Assembly: GCA_043770255.1 (NCBI GenBank)
Contig: JAYVIL010000021.1
Coordinates: 1-47,492, forward strand
Length of the DNA: 47,492 bases
DNA from: Candidatus Kaiserbacteria bacterium
GTDB taxonomy: Bacteria > Patescibacteriota > Minisyncoccia > Phycocordibacterales > UBA918
Direction: 5' to 3'
The position numbers were made by a program, and so were the translations under genes. The notes under the pieces are model-generated. The model was given only the letters and a program-made list of their open reading frames with translations. It searched no databases and was not told the DNA's origin. Below are positions 1-15,000 of this stretch, in pieces (position 1 is the first letter of the stretch; each line of letters opens with the position of its first letter).

Positions 1-1
1 T

Positions 2-3000
2 GCTTCAACGACACCGTATTTCGAATTCCAATCGAGCGACCCTGATGGTACATCGGATATTACCTATGAGTTCGCAATTTCGACGAGCTCTGATTTTAGT
101 AGTGGCAGTACCTTTGTTTCATCTTCGAGTCCGGGATTTTTAAATACGGTCACTGCGACCGATACCTCGCCTTTTTTTGAAAATCAAAAAATTCGCTATC
201 AGCTCCAGGCTAGTAGTTCACTGTCTGACCTGACAACGTACTACTGGCGCGTGCGCGCAAAAGACGTCACTGGTTCTGGAAACTTTGGAGATTGGACGAC
301 CACCCAAAGTCTGACGGTTGATCTCGCTGCGTCTGCACCTAATTGGTACCAAACCTTTAGTGGGCAGTTTTTAAGTAATACCTTGGTGGGTGCGGTTTCA
401 AACGGTGTTGATAGTATTCAGGTAGACGCCACTCAAAGTACAGAATTACTGCTCGTCTATGGTGAAGGTGTCGTGTCAACACCGCGCTATCGTGTATGGA
501 ACGGCACTACCTGGGGTTCAGAATTAAATGCTGTTGCGGTCGGAGGAACAATTAACTGGGTTAAAACTGCCGCGGGTATTACTCGTAACGAATACGCACT
601 AGGGACACTCGATCAAGGTACAAATGCCTATGTGCAAATTTATTCCGCCTCAACGTCATCGTGGGGTAATCAAACGTTGCTCGCCAGTGGTGTCGCAGAT
701 GTAACTCGTCGTGGAATAGCGCTCGGGTATGAAAGTCTGTCCGGAGATTTGATTGCGGTTTCTTGTGCGGCGGGTGCCCAACCAGTCTATCGAGTATGGA
801 ATGGTGTGAGCTGGTCAGCCACCTCCTCGATTACCGTGAGTTCAGTCAACAACTGTAACTATCTCGATATTGCATCTGACCCCGCTTCAGACGAAATGAT
901 TTTGGTCGTACGTGATACCGGAGTACAGTATGAAGCCCTGGTATGGGATGGTAGTGCCTGGACTAACAGTAAAGTCCTGGGCTCAGCTGCCCTCGCGGCT
1001 CGAGAAGGTATTGCGATTCAATACGAGGACTCTGGTGATCAGGCGGTAGTAATTGTGTCCAACGGCGCCGGCAATAATATCCTCTATACCACCTGGGACG
1101 GTATTGGGTGGAGTGCCAATGCGACCCAGCCAATTGGTAACGACTTTGCGTTTGGTAAACTGACGAGTGATCCTAACTCAGATAAACTCACCCTATGTTA
1201 CGTTGATGCTGACTCAGATATTGGTGTGCTACGGTGGGATGGAGGAGTCTGGAGTACGTTCTTTGAACTGGAAACAGCCGCTAATTCTGCGACTGCTCGT
1301 CCTTTTGATTGTCCGTTTGAAACAGCGGCGGGTCGAAGTGGATACATTATGGTTCCGTACAGTGACACCACTGATTCACGCTACCGAGTCTACGCAACGT
1401 CAAGCTGGAACGCAGAAGCAACAATTACCGGTGTGTCTGACTCGTTCTGGATAAATAGTGAACGCTCTGATAATGGCGTAATAGTGTCGGTGAACCTTGA
1501 TGACGCGACTGATATTTTGGAATCGGCATTCTGGAATGGGACTAGTTGGTCTACAAAACAAACCATTGAGTCAAGTCCTTCATCGGTTATTGCTGCTCCG
1601 TATGAAATGTTCGATGTTACTGCCAAACGTTTCCAGTTTACTGAAGGAGTAGTGCGTACGCCCGCAATTAACTTCTCATTTGTGCCAAATCAGCCTACGT
1701 GGGGGGATGTGAGTTTCTCAACGTCTGAACCGTTTGGTACAGATGTCAAAGTTCGACTCCGCTACACGAGCACCACTACCTGTGACACGTATGTCCCAAA
1801 TGGAGCTTTGGCTGGAAACAGTGCCGGATTTGATGTGACGAGTATACCAATTAGTTTGGTTGGTCTCTCGACGACTACTTATAGTCAGATTTGTTTAGAA
1901 GCTACCTTGACCACGCTTGGATCAGCGAGTGCTAATTTAAATGATTGGACGTTATCATGGGTCCGGGAACCAAAACTAATTCAAAATAATTTCCGCTGGT
2001 ACACTAATGGCAGTTTCTTTACGCCAACTGATCCGTGGCCGGTGGGAGTGAGTGACGTGGCTGAAAATACCGCCCTGACATCCAGTGTGGCAGTAAATAA
2101 TACTGATTCAATTCGGCTCCGGATGTCATTACTCGGGTCAAACGTTATCCAACCAACGTCAACCAAAGCATTTAAACTGCAATACGCAGAAGGATTTAGT
2201 TGTAGTCCAACCTTGCCGTGGAAAGATGTGGGAGCGGTCGGGAGCACTACCGCTTTGTGGCGCGGAGTAGCTAATTCAATTGTTGGTACCGATTGGTATA
2301 GTGCGAGTTGGACTAAACGCACAAAGCTAACAGTCTTAAAAACGCTCGTGCCGGAATCACAAACAAATTTCCCCGTGTACGTAAATCTCGACGACCTGCC
2401 AGACGCATTCTTTGCAGGAGTACAATCAGACGGTGATGACATTCGTATTACTACCAGTGACGGCGTTACAGAATTACCGTTTGAATTAGTGTCGATTAAT
2501 ACCAGTAGTAAAATCGGTGAACTTCACTTTAAAGCTAGTCTATCAAGTACGACAGACAGTGAGTTTTATGTGTACTATGGTAATCCAAGTGCCTCGGGGT
2601 ACACTGCTTCTGCTACCTACGGGTCACAAAATGTGTGGACTAATAGTTATGCCGGAGTCTACCACTTGACTCAGGATCCAACTGGTTCCGCCCCACAAAT
2701 ACTAGATAGTACCAGTAACGCGAGACATGGTTCTCGAACAGGTACTGCTGGTGCCGGCCGTGTCGTGACTGCTCAGTTAGGTAACGGTCTTGATTTTGTG
2801 GGAACGGCAGGGGATTACACAATTGATTTTCCTTCATTTGGTATTAGTAGCAACGGTAGTTACACCTACAGTGCCTGGTTTAGAGCCTCGACTACAGTCA
2901 ATGGGGCAGCAGGTGATGGAGCGGGTACGTACATGACTGATCGGACCGCGGCAACTAATGAACTCGTGGGCTTAAAAGTTATCGGTGGTAATTATGCGCA

Positions 3001-6000
3001 CCAGTATCGGTATAACGACTCATCAGGTATCGGAGCTGTCTCAGGTGGAGCAGCAACAGCAGCGAGTTGGCGACACGTGACCTGGGGGCGTGCGTATAAC
3101 TCAAACCGTTTTATCACCGTTGATAACGTGCGGGCTACTACCACCGATACAGCCAGTCTGTTGACACCACCACTCATGCGTCTAGGGGGACACCAGAGCA
3201 ATACGAACTTTACCGGTGTGGCTGACGAGGTACGTATTGCGAGCGTCGCCCGAAGTAGTGGTTGGACAGCAACCGAGTACAATAATCAGTCCAACTCAAC
3301 TGGCTTTTATGCCCTATCCGCTGAGGAGTTGATTGGTGATGGTCGGACATTGCCGGCGACAGTGCTCACTGGCTCAGACTATCGGGAAACGTATGAAGAG
3401 TCTAATCCAACTAACCTAAACCGTAATGCGATTGCGACCGGAACTGATGCTGAGTGGGATTTTAGTATCCAAAACAACGGAGCTACCTCAAGCACCAACT
3501 ACTGTTTCCGCATGGTCTATGCTGATGGTTCATCTTTGAGTAGCTACGCCAACTATCCTCGTCTGATTACAAACGCTCCGCCGCTGTCACCGGTTTTGAG
3601 TGCGCCGTTTGACAACCGTCAGTTAGCGTCAACATCACCGTGGTTTGAATTTACTGCTGATGATGAACTCAGTGATGATGTGTCCTATGAAATTGAAGTT
3701 GATGATGATGTGAATTTTGGTTCCACAGTATTTAATCGTGATTCAGTCGCCAGCTTTGCACTGTTTACCAATCTCACCAATCCGTCACAACGCAGTCAGT
3801 ACACTAGTGGACAAACGATGCGTTTTATTCCCAACGTCAGTCTCAGTAGTGGTACGACCTACTGGTGGCGAGTTCGAGCGAAAGATGATTTTGGTTCTAA
3901 TACCAATAGTGAATGGTCAACCCCAAATAGTTTTACTATTGCCAGCACCAGTATTACCACTTGGTTCCAAACTACGGGTGATCAATTTGCGACGAACAAT
4001 CAATTTGATACCATCATTAGTACGTCAACGAACGATACTGGTATAGATTCTTCGTTTGTAGTAGGAACAACGACGAGTACGGTTATCGACTTCGATGATC
4101 GTGAAGTAGGAAACGCTTGGGGGGCTTTTAGTTTTAATCATAACGTCACATCTGGTTCGATTCGTTACTATATAGAGTACCGAGTCGGCGGTGAAACTTT
4201 TGCGTTGATTCCGGATACTACCTTACCTGGCAACAGTAGTGGCTTTACGGCATCGCCAGTGTCCTTGGTTAGCATCAATACAACGACCTATAATGAAATT
4301 CGTATCGTCGGTGTGTTTTCTGGAAATAGTACACTCCCTCGATTACTCGACTGGACAATCGTGTGGGGGCAAACAATTGAGATGCCTACCTTGGTCCAGC
4401 CGTTTGATAATGCAAAAGTGTCAACCACCACACCAAGCTTTACCTTTACCACCACTGATCCTGAAAGTAATGATTTGCAGTACGAGTTTCAGCTCTCGAC
4501 CGCGTATGCGTTTACGTCATCGTCCACGTTTATTTCTGGTGTAGATGCTGGTTTTGTTAACACTACTTCTAGTACCGACGCCTCGCCATTTATTTCGGGC
4601 AACACTATCAGGTATACGGCTCAGTCCGCACTCGGGGGCGGTACTACATACTGGTGGCGTGCTCGAGCTCGTGACCCGGGAGGTTCCAACTCCTGGTCGT
4701 CGTATTCAGAACCAAAAAGCTTTACTGTTGATACAGGAGCGTTGGTGTCAACCTGGCATCAGACAACCGGTGAGCAATTTGCCACCAACGATCTCGTTGA
4801 CATCGAAACGACAGCCGGCACTGCCAAAATTACTTCTGTGGTGAGTGAAGTGTTAATGGTCTACGGAGAAGGTACTGGTCAGTCACCACGCTATCGAATT
4901 TGGAATGGTTCAGCCTGGAGCGCAACTGGCACAGCCGATAGTGTCGGTGCGCAAATCAGATGGCTTGATCTCGAGGCCTCACCAACGAGGCCCGAGTATG
5001 CCCTGGGGTCACTCGGGACTGACCTTGATGTAAATATTCAAATTTTTAACACCAATACTGAAATTTGGGGTAACACCAGAGAAATTCAACAGAATATCAC
5101 TGATGGACTCCAGCGTGGTTTTGATATTGCGTATGAAAAAACGTCGGGTGATTTGATTGCGGTGTCGTGTGATGGGGTTGATGCGGTCTATAGTATCTGG
5201 AATGGTACGTCATGGAGTGCGACGACCAGTATCAATTTAGCTAACGCTAACAACTGTATTGCTGTCGATATGGCTGCGGACACAACTTCTGATGAAATTA
5301 TTGCGGTCTTTAAGCACACCAATACCGGTACGCCTGACTACGAAGCGTTAGTATGGAATGGTTCTAGTTGGGGTAATTCACTGGCGCTCGCCGACATGAA
5401 CGAAAATGCCAACCATGGTGTCGCGATTGAGTATGAAGAGTCGGGTAATCAAGCGATTGTAGCTCTCACGAACAACCTGGCCACCACGCTCTTGTATGCG
5501 ACCTGGAACGGCAGTGTCTGGGCGACGAGTTCGCAAGCGCTCGGTGACCACATTGAGTGGGCGTCACTAAAACGGGATGTTGGTACTGATAATATGGCAC
5601 TTTGTTATATTGATAACGACGCTAATATCGGCGTTCTGCAATGGAATGGCTCGGCTTGGGGCACGTTTACAGAAATCGAACAGCTTGGAAATAGCAAGGC
5701 CGGTCAAGCGGTTGATTGTGAGTTCGAGACAAAAACCGATCGTGACGGATACCTGATGGTGCCATATGCCGATACCATAATCGGAGCCTACCAATTCTAT
5801 GCCACCTCTTCATTTTCAACAGAAGCGGCCCTCGCAACGATGGGAGATTCGTGGCGCGTCCTGACGACCCGAGCGGGAGATGGTACCATCCACGCCGTTT
5901 ATTTCGAAGACGTTCTTGACCGCTATGAATTAAGTCGTTTTGATGGTTCGACCTGGACTTCAATTGAATCAATTCCGACCCCTTCCATTACCGGGACACC

Positions 6001-9000
6001 ATTTGATGGTTCGTTTGCGATTGCGTCGCAGATATATCCTAATTTTACCGCTGGCTCGATAGTATCCACACCGATTTCGTTTGCTGATGGTGCGGGACCA
6101 CGCTGGGAACAGGTGCTCTTTAATGATACTAAGCCGGGCGCTAGCACAATTAAATACCGAGTCTATTACGAAAGTAGTCCAAATGTATATACAATTATTC
6201 CCGATTCTGCACTCTCGGGTAATAGTGCGGGCTTTACTACGAGCCCTATTAACATTGCCGGTCTTGATCGAACAGTCTACGCAAAATTAAAGCTCGATGC
6301 TGAATTTATCTGTAACCTCGGTAATTGTCCAACCCTTAATGAATGGAGTGTGGAGTGGTCACAAGGGATTAGTGTGTCGGGGCGAGCCTACGAATATGAT
6401 GGTGTCAGTACCACCACGAGTGGTACGGTAGCGGTAGCCGTGAATGGTGTTTTGCAAGTAGGGAAGACGGGCACTATTGGCGCCGGTGGTACCTGGTCAA
6501 TCACTAACGTATCAGCCTTTATAGATGATGCCATTACGGTGTATGTCGATGGAGCAATTGATGCGAATGAGTCCATTGCTATCACTACCTACGATGGTAT
6601 TGGGGATGTCACTAATATGGAGCTCACGAAACGCCACGTCACGATTGGGTCGAGTGACACCGCAACCACCACCAATAGTAAATTACTGGGCTTTGACGGT
6701 AGTGACGACGAGGACTTATTTATCGATGTGACCGCAGGTAGTAATCTGGATATATGTTTTGAAGGTTGTGCTGATGCGCGTTTGAAGGTGCGGGCGGGAA
6801 CGGTGTATCAACCCCAAGGGAATATTGTTACCCACGATTTCTTTAACTTCGGTACTTTTAAACCGGCCACCAATACCATCCGTGTTCGTGGCTCTTGGAA
6901 TTCACAGGGGACCTTCGATCCCGACACATCGACTGTTATTTTCTCTGCGACTAGTAGTAGCGAGACGGTTGTTGCCACCGGAACGGCACTCGCGTTCCAT
7001 ACGGTAACTTTTGGTGAAACGAGCGGGGCTGCTACCTGGACGCTTGGGAAAGCGTTTGATATTACCGGCTCTTTGGCGGTTGATTACGGCACGCTCGCTC
7101 GCGGCACTTCAACCATTAATCTAGAGCAAAACCTCCGCATTGGTACAGCTGGATTTATGACGGGTATTGCTACTACCACTTTTGATGGGAGCGGTAGTCA
7201 TACCTGGACAGATACTTCAGCCTCGTCGACCAATGTTGGCCATGTGGTCATTGATGGTACTGCAAAAACTATTACTTTGGGTGGAAACGTAGCTGCCCAG
7301 TCGGTCACCATTGGTGCTGACGATACCCTTAATGCCTCAGGTTCTGGATTTAACATTAACGTTGTTAGTAACTGGACAAACAACAACTCATTTATCCCAC
7401 AGTCGGGAACGGTGACATTTGTCGGAACTACCACCGGTACCATTGCCCGAGGGACGTCTGCCTTTAACAATCTGACCTTTAGTGGTGTGGGTGGAGCATG
7501 GTCATTCTCGACTTCAACATTGGCTATTAATAATAACTTAACCATTGCCACTGGAACGGTGACACTACCGACAGGTACAACTACTGTTGGTGGTAACTTT
7601 ACGAACTCTGGTGGAACGTTCTTGCACAATAACGGTGAGGTGCGTATGACGAGCGCAACCGGAGGCAAGACCATAACGCAACGGGCCACGGCGTTCCTTA
7701 ATGCTTTTTACGACTTAACCTTTACGGGTGCTGGAGCCTGGAGTTATACAGAAAGTGCCGCTTCAACAACTCGTCACTATAATATTCAAAGTGGAACAGT
7801 CACAATGCCAACAGGAACTCTGACCATTGGTGGTAACTTTAACGTCACTGGTTCTGGTGCGTTTGCACACAATAACGGAGAAATAATCTTGCTCGTACAA
7901 GATGCCAACACCGTTCGCACCAATGGATCAAGTATCAATAATCTCCGGACTGTTGGAGCAACTGGTTCGTGGTATAACGCGAGCTGGAGCGCACGTAAAC
8001 CAGTGACGATTAATGCGAGCCAAGTGAATACTAACGTGACTGATTTCCCTGTGTTTGTTGATTTGGCAAATCTTGGTAGTGACTTCTTTAGTACGGTAAA
8101 AGCTGATGGCGGTGATATACGCGTGACCACGAGTGATGGTGTGACCGAAGTGCCACTTGAAGTAGTTGCTATTAACACTGGCGGTCAAACCGGAGAAGTG
8201 CACTTTAAAGCGCCAACGCTGAGTACCTCGACTAATAGCACGTTCTATATTTACTTCGGTAACAGTGCTGCCTCTGGCTACGCTTCAACGACTGCGTATG
8301 GTTCACGCAACGTCTGGACCAATAATTACTCGGGAGTTTACCACTTAAACCAAGACCCAACCGGAACAGGGGCAATTATGCTTGATAGTACCGCCAATAG
8401 TCGACATGGAACCCGGGCGGGAACGGCGGCTGCCGGACGACTTGTGTCAGCTAAAATCGGTAATGGTTTAGATATGGTTGGGGCCAGTGGTGACTATGTC
8501 ATCGAATTTCCGTCGCCGGGACTGGGAGCGACTAGTAGCTACACCCAAAGTGCATGGTTTAGGAGTGGTGCAACTACTAATGGACTGGATAACGATGCCA
8601 ACGGTACCTACATGCTCGATCGTAATCCAGCTCCTAACGATATTGCCAGTCTCAAAGTGATTGGTGGTAATTACGCACATCAGTATCGGTACACAGATAA
8701 TACAGGTCTGGGTGCAGTTAGCGGGGCCGCGGTCGCCAGTAGTTCGTGGCAGTATGTGGTATGGGGGCGTAGCTATAATGTGAATCGCTTCATCTTTACC
8801 AATGCAGTAATTGCTACTGCCACTGATGCCACGAATGCGCTCACCTTGCCCAATCCACGATTAGGGGGACATAACGGAAATACCAGTTTTGTGGGTATTG
8901 CCGACGAATTACGTATTGCTTCAGTGGCTCGAAGTAGCGGCTGGGTGACAACTGAATATAATAACCAAGCTAGTACCACGGCTTTCTATAGTGTGAGTGC

Positions 9001-12000
9001 GACCCAACTACGATTTTCTCGAACCTTCACCGACACCAACGCTACTGTTTTAGGTAACTTCATTTTAGATACTGGTGGGGAGGCTACCTTCCCAACGGGA
9101 GTGTTAGGTATTGGTGGATCGTTTGATAATAACGCAGCCTTTACCAACAGTAGTGGTACCGTGCGCTTTAATTCTACGGCTGGCGCGGAAACGATTGCCA
9201 TGGGGACGTCTTCTAATTTTGCAACACTTGAGTTTAATAGTGCGACTGGTAACTTTACGGTCATCGAAAATGCCACGGCCACTGTTGCGGTTAACCTCAC
9301 CAGTGCCTCAGCCTTTACGGTCCAGAGTGGACTGACGCTCGCTACGCTTGGTACCTTCACCAATGCCGCCAATGGCTCAAGTACCACCTGGACAGGTTCT
9401 ACGCTGAGTTTGAGTGGACCAGATGGAGCGATTAACCTCAAAACTCATGGTGGTGATGCCTACGGAACTATTTTGACCAATGGTGATACTGACATGACGA
9501 TGTGGAATAGTACCGCAACGTCATACAGTACTGCGAGCACCTCGTCGATTTATTCTGCTGATCATGCTGGAGTGGATGGTGATTTAACTATTTACGGTAA
9601 CTACGTGCGAACTACTGGTACTGAATTTTGGAGTTACGCGACTGATTTTGATGGTGTGGCCCTCACTGGTAGTACCAGTCGTCAGGTTGATGTACGGATT
9701 GCGACTAGTTCGAATGTTGGGTTTGTGAGCGCCTCACTCAACCTGGTCGGTATTGCTGGTGCGTCTACTACGATTGATGCGGTTTCTGGTACCTACGATA
9801 TAAGTGCAACGAATACCACCATTACAGCGTCGAACTTTACTGTAGCGGGCGCAAACGCCAGCGGACTACAACTCAATGCCTCAACGACACTCAGTACGTT
9901 CCAAGACGGATTCTTTACCGTCGTACCAGGACGAACGGGGATTACCATCAGTAGTTCAACCGTCACTCATAATCCCGCTGCGCAGTATCAGCGTATTAGT
10001 TTTGCTACTACCACTGCGGGTGCGGCGACGAACGTCACCCTAAGTGGTACCAGTAGTACCTTTGTCTGGTTCCGTAATGGTACTGGTAATTTGTATGGTG
10101 AAGCCTTTGATGCTGGTGATGGTAACCCAGGTTCAATTCGATGGGACGATAGTTCTAACTCGATAGTTGTGTCAGGAGTTGTCTATGCAGACGACGGGGT
10201 CACTCCACTCGGTTCGGGGGCCTGTAATGGTTCTGCACTTAGCGTACGGATTGTGGTAAACAACGGTTCTTACAGTTCTTCTACTTCCTGTGCTGCGGGT
10301 ACTGGCGCCTACTCATTCCCGGCAGTCAACTATATTGGTGATCCAACTATGATTGTCTACCTTGATACCAATACGGCTACCGGTACCAAAGGTAGTGTGG
10401 TGACGAAGACACCAACGACTAATATTACCAATATGCATCTGTATGCTGGTCGGGTGATTACGCGTCACCAAGATGTAGTGCCCCTTACGATTGCAAATAT
10501 GGTTAATTTCCAAAATAGTGACGATAGTGATATTCAATTCATAGCCACCACCACCGGCTCAACATCACTACAGGTACTGGCGCCAAACAGTTTGTTTGTG
10601 TTTGCGACTACTACATTTGCTCCGGGTGGAAACGTAACGTTGCTTGGTAACGCTAGTTCGTCAGCAGTTGAAGGAACGCTCCAGCTTGGAGTGGCAGCAA
10701 CATTCACTGCAAGCGGTACGGAAACACATACCCTGGCCGGGCGATTGGTGTTGGCTACTACGTCAACGCTCACCGCTGCTTCATCAACTTTTGTCTTTAA
10801 TGCCACCACCACGGGTAAGAGTATTACCAGTCCAAATTCCATTACCTTTAATACGCTCCAATTTACCGGGGTAGGTGGTGGTTGGAACATCACCGCACCA
10901 ATTGTTGTGAACAACAATATGGATGTAGCGACCGGAACGGTTACTGGTACCAACAATGTGACGGTTCAAAATGGGTCACTGTCAGGAAACGGTACGTTGT
11001 CATTTGGGTCTGGTACGACTACCATCGAACGTACGAATACTTTTGGTGGAACTCGTGCCTGGAACTTCTTTAATCTGGTACTCGGTAACGGGTCAGTAGT
11101 TGGTACGACGACACGTTCCGGAACTGCCACTACCACAGTGGCTGGACGACTGACTATCACTCCGGCGCATTTCCTCGTGACTGGCAGTAGTAACTGGGAC
11201 TTATCAGGAACCGGCAGTGTGTTTGTCGAAAGTGGTACCTTAAACGAAGATACGAGTACCTTTAGGTACAGTGGCGCGAGTTCAAATGTGCTGTCAACGG
11301 CCTACTACAATCTGGATATAAATGCCGGAGCTGGTACACCAACCTATACAGCGACCGGGGTGGGAATTGCGGTTACCAATAACCTCACGATTGGTGGTAC
11401 TGCCACGACTGTGTTTGATGTTAATACGAGTGACCCCGCCTTGGCTGTTAGTGGTAGTGTGTCAGTGCTCAGTAACGGTACGTTCCAAGCGAGTAACATT
11501 GCCACGACCAGTGTCGGTAGTAGCTTTACCAATCTTGGAACATTTACGAGTAACGGCGGAATCGTAGCGATGGTGGGTGCAGGCGCGAGTACTATTGCAC
11601 CGGGTACCGGAAGCTTTGGCACGCTCTTGATTAATAACGTTGCTGGATCATTTTCGGTCACGCAAACTGCCACAACCACGGTAGCTCTTAACTTACTCAA
11701 CCACGCTAACTTTACGCTTGCATCAGGCACCACCATGAACATCGGTGGCACGTTCACTAATACTTTGGGCGGGGGAGCAACAACGTTCTCAAGTAGTACC
11801 ATAAACTTCTACGGTGGTGGTACGAAAACTATTAATGCTAAAACGGTGAGCGATTTGTACCATACTATTGTGGTCGCGACGAGTACTAATGTAAAAATGT
11901 GGAATAGTAGCGCTACTACCTATAACGCGAGCGGCGGTCTCTATTCACAAGATCATGCGGGAGTTGATGGTAAATTAAATATATACGGAGCCTACACGCA

Positions 12001-15000
12001 AACTACCGGCGCTGACTATTGGAGTTACGCGACTGATTTTGATGGGGTGACGCTCGGTGGTAGTCCACGAAAAGTTGATGTGGCAATGGCGTCCGGATCA
12101 AGTGCTGTCTACTCAGGTGGCGGACTTGAAGTATTGGGAACAAGTAGTGCTTCGACTACCATTGCCAACCAAGGAGTGGGAACCTACGGACTGACGATTT
12201 CTGGCACCGCTTCTACTTCATGGGATATGGTTCTGGTACGAAACACCAACGCATCAGGTACGGTCTTTAGTGGTACACCTATCGTGAATAATTTCTCACG
12301 CACCGATCACTTGATTGGGGTTAATAATGGAACTGGTGTTACTGTTTTCGGTACCGTAATAGATGTCAACCAAGCTAAAAACTTTACGAACAACGTGTTT
12401 GCATCTTCGTCAGGCGTCACTGGGGCAACTAACGTCACCGCGACTGGAACCTCAATTAGTTCATGGCGCTTCACGAACCACACCGGCACACTCTCAGGTG
12501 AAGCCTACGATAGTGATCCGGCTGGTGATCCCGGGTATATCGTGTGGGATGATTCCGCCGCCCTCATTACGATCTCTGGAAACGTCTACAGTGATGAAGG
12601 TTCAACCGTTTCAACTGTCTGTGACGGAGTGACACAAAATATTCTTTTGCGTGTTGCCGGTCTTACGACCTACACCGCATCATGTAATGCGGGTACGGGA
12701 GCGTACAGTATTCCAAACGTTGCCTTTAGTCCGGCGGACACACTGACGGTATATATAGATGGTAACGCTCGTAAAGCGGTAACGGTCAGTGCTGACCCAG
12801 TGTCGTCAATTAGTAACCTTCACCTGTATGAAAACCGGGTGATTGTCCGACATGAAAATACCAGCCCACTGTCAATTGCTGACATGGCGGTATGGGACTC
12901 ATCAGACGATGCCGACATCTTGTTTACTGCGGTTGATGCTGGCACTGACACGTTGTCACTGGCGGCTGATCAAAAACTTCTCATCTGGAACGGTAAAACC
13001 TTTGAACCTGCTGGAAATGTGACTGTGACCGGCGGTGGAGCTGGTGGGGCTCAAGACGGAACCCTCGAAGCTCAAACCAACGCCACCTTTAGGGCGCTCG
13101 GCACAGAAACCCACGCCATTGGTGGTAGTATGATTTTTGGAACCGGAGCCACCTTTACGGCCGGACAATCAACGACGACATTCACCACTACAGGTGCGAG
13201 TCGAACCGTTGATGTGAACAGTAATCCGTTCTACAACGTCGCCTTTACTGGTTCCGGTAGTTGGAACGTAACAGATGCCACTTTCACTTCAAACCGATCA
13301 CTGACACAAAGTAACGGCGCTGTTACGTTCGGTAGTGGTACCACTACCGTCGGAGCCTCATTTAATGCTACCGCGGGATCGTTCACTATGGGAGGATCAG
13401 CCTTGGTGTTTACGAGTACAACGACCGGTAATACTGTACGGTTTGATGATTCAGTAGTACCAAGTGTGCTGTTTATGGGGACTGGGGGAGCCTGGTCAAT
13501 GACTGATACGAATGCGAGCACGACCGGTTCATTTACCGTGGCGTCTGGTACCGTGACCTTACCAACTGGTAACCTCGGTGTCGCTCGAAACTTTGAAAAT
13601 ACTGCCGGGACTATCATCAACAACACCGCTGATATCATTATGAGCGCTACCTCAAGTGCGCTTCTCCGAGCCAGTTCGTCAAATCTCTTTGCAGTTCGCT
13701 TTATTGGCGTCGGTCCGTTTATGATGGCTGATGTGAACCTCACCTTGGCTGATTCGCTCACCATGTCGACTGGTACGCTTACGTTGGCGACAGGGACACT
13801 ATCGGTCGGTGGCGACTTTGTAATTGCGAGTGGTACGGTTAATAATGCAACCGGCACCGTACTCCTTAATGCGACTACAGTTGGTAAAACAGTACAGTTC
13901 GGTGCTAATGCACTCTACAACGTGGTGTTTGGTAGTGCGACAGGTGGGTGGACATTCTCTGGTAATGCTACGACGACAAATAACTTCTCAATTACGGGTG
14001 CAAGTTCGTTTACGAAATCTCCAAATACCAATCTGAATGTTGGCGGGGTCTTTACCAATACTGTTGTTGGCAGTAACACGACTTGGGCGACTACAACGTT
14101 GCGTCTCTATGGAGTAAGTGGTTATACCCTGAACACAAAAACTACCGGTGGTGACGTCTACGGTACGCTCGAAATTGCGAGCCCGCTTGCGATTCGAGCT
14201 TGGAACAGTGCAGCTGCTACCACCACGGTGCTTGGTGGGGCCTCGTTCTACTCACAAGATCACGCTGCGGTAGATGGTGCCTTGAATATCTACGGAAACT
14301 TTACTGTTGCTACGACTACAGAATATTGGAACTATAGTAACGACTTTGACGGCACTGTGCTTGCTGGTGCAGCGCAACGACAGGTAAATGTGCGTTTAGA
14401 CACTAATGCCACTACAACCCTAACTACCGGTACACTGCAAATTATTGGTACAGCTGCAACATCAACAACTGTAGCGGCGCTAGGAAGTGGCTCGTACGGA
14501 TTTGTTGTAACTGGCGGAACGTTAAACGCCCAGTACTACAGTATGACTAACTTAGGAGCGACAGGTCTGACTTTGTCGGGGGCACCTACTATTACCAATC
14601 TAGCTAATGGTGCCTACACCCTTACAGCTTCAGGTGGAAGTTTGATCACAGTAGCTGCGTCAGTGCTTGATGCCAATGCATCTAAAATCTTTAGTAGTGT
14701 CGGTTTTGCGACGACCTCTGCGATTACCGGTAACAACGTAACCCTGACCGGCTCAACCAGTAATGCCTGGCGCTTTAGCAGTAGTTACGGCAATTTAAGC
14801 GGAGAAGCTTATGACATTGACGGTCTCACTGCCTGTGGAGCTATTCGCTTTGATAATAGTGGTTGTCTTTTGACGCAACAAACTCACTATAGATGGCGAA
14901 ATGATGACGGAGGTGAAGGTGCGCCAAACAGCGAATGGTTTAATAGTAGCTTTGATTTCAGACAACGAGTCCGGGTAGTTAATAGTGATGCCACGAGTTA

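Noticed and set aside
6360-14880. Highly periodic sequence that could be mistaken for a CRISPR or tandem-repeat array
   Set aside because: The periodicity is at the protein-module level (hundreds of codons, diverged DNA) within one open frame. There are no short identical direct repeats with unique spacers anywhere in the window.
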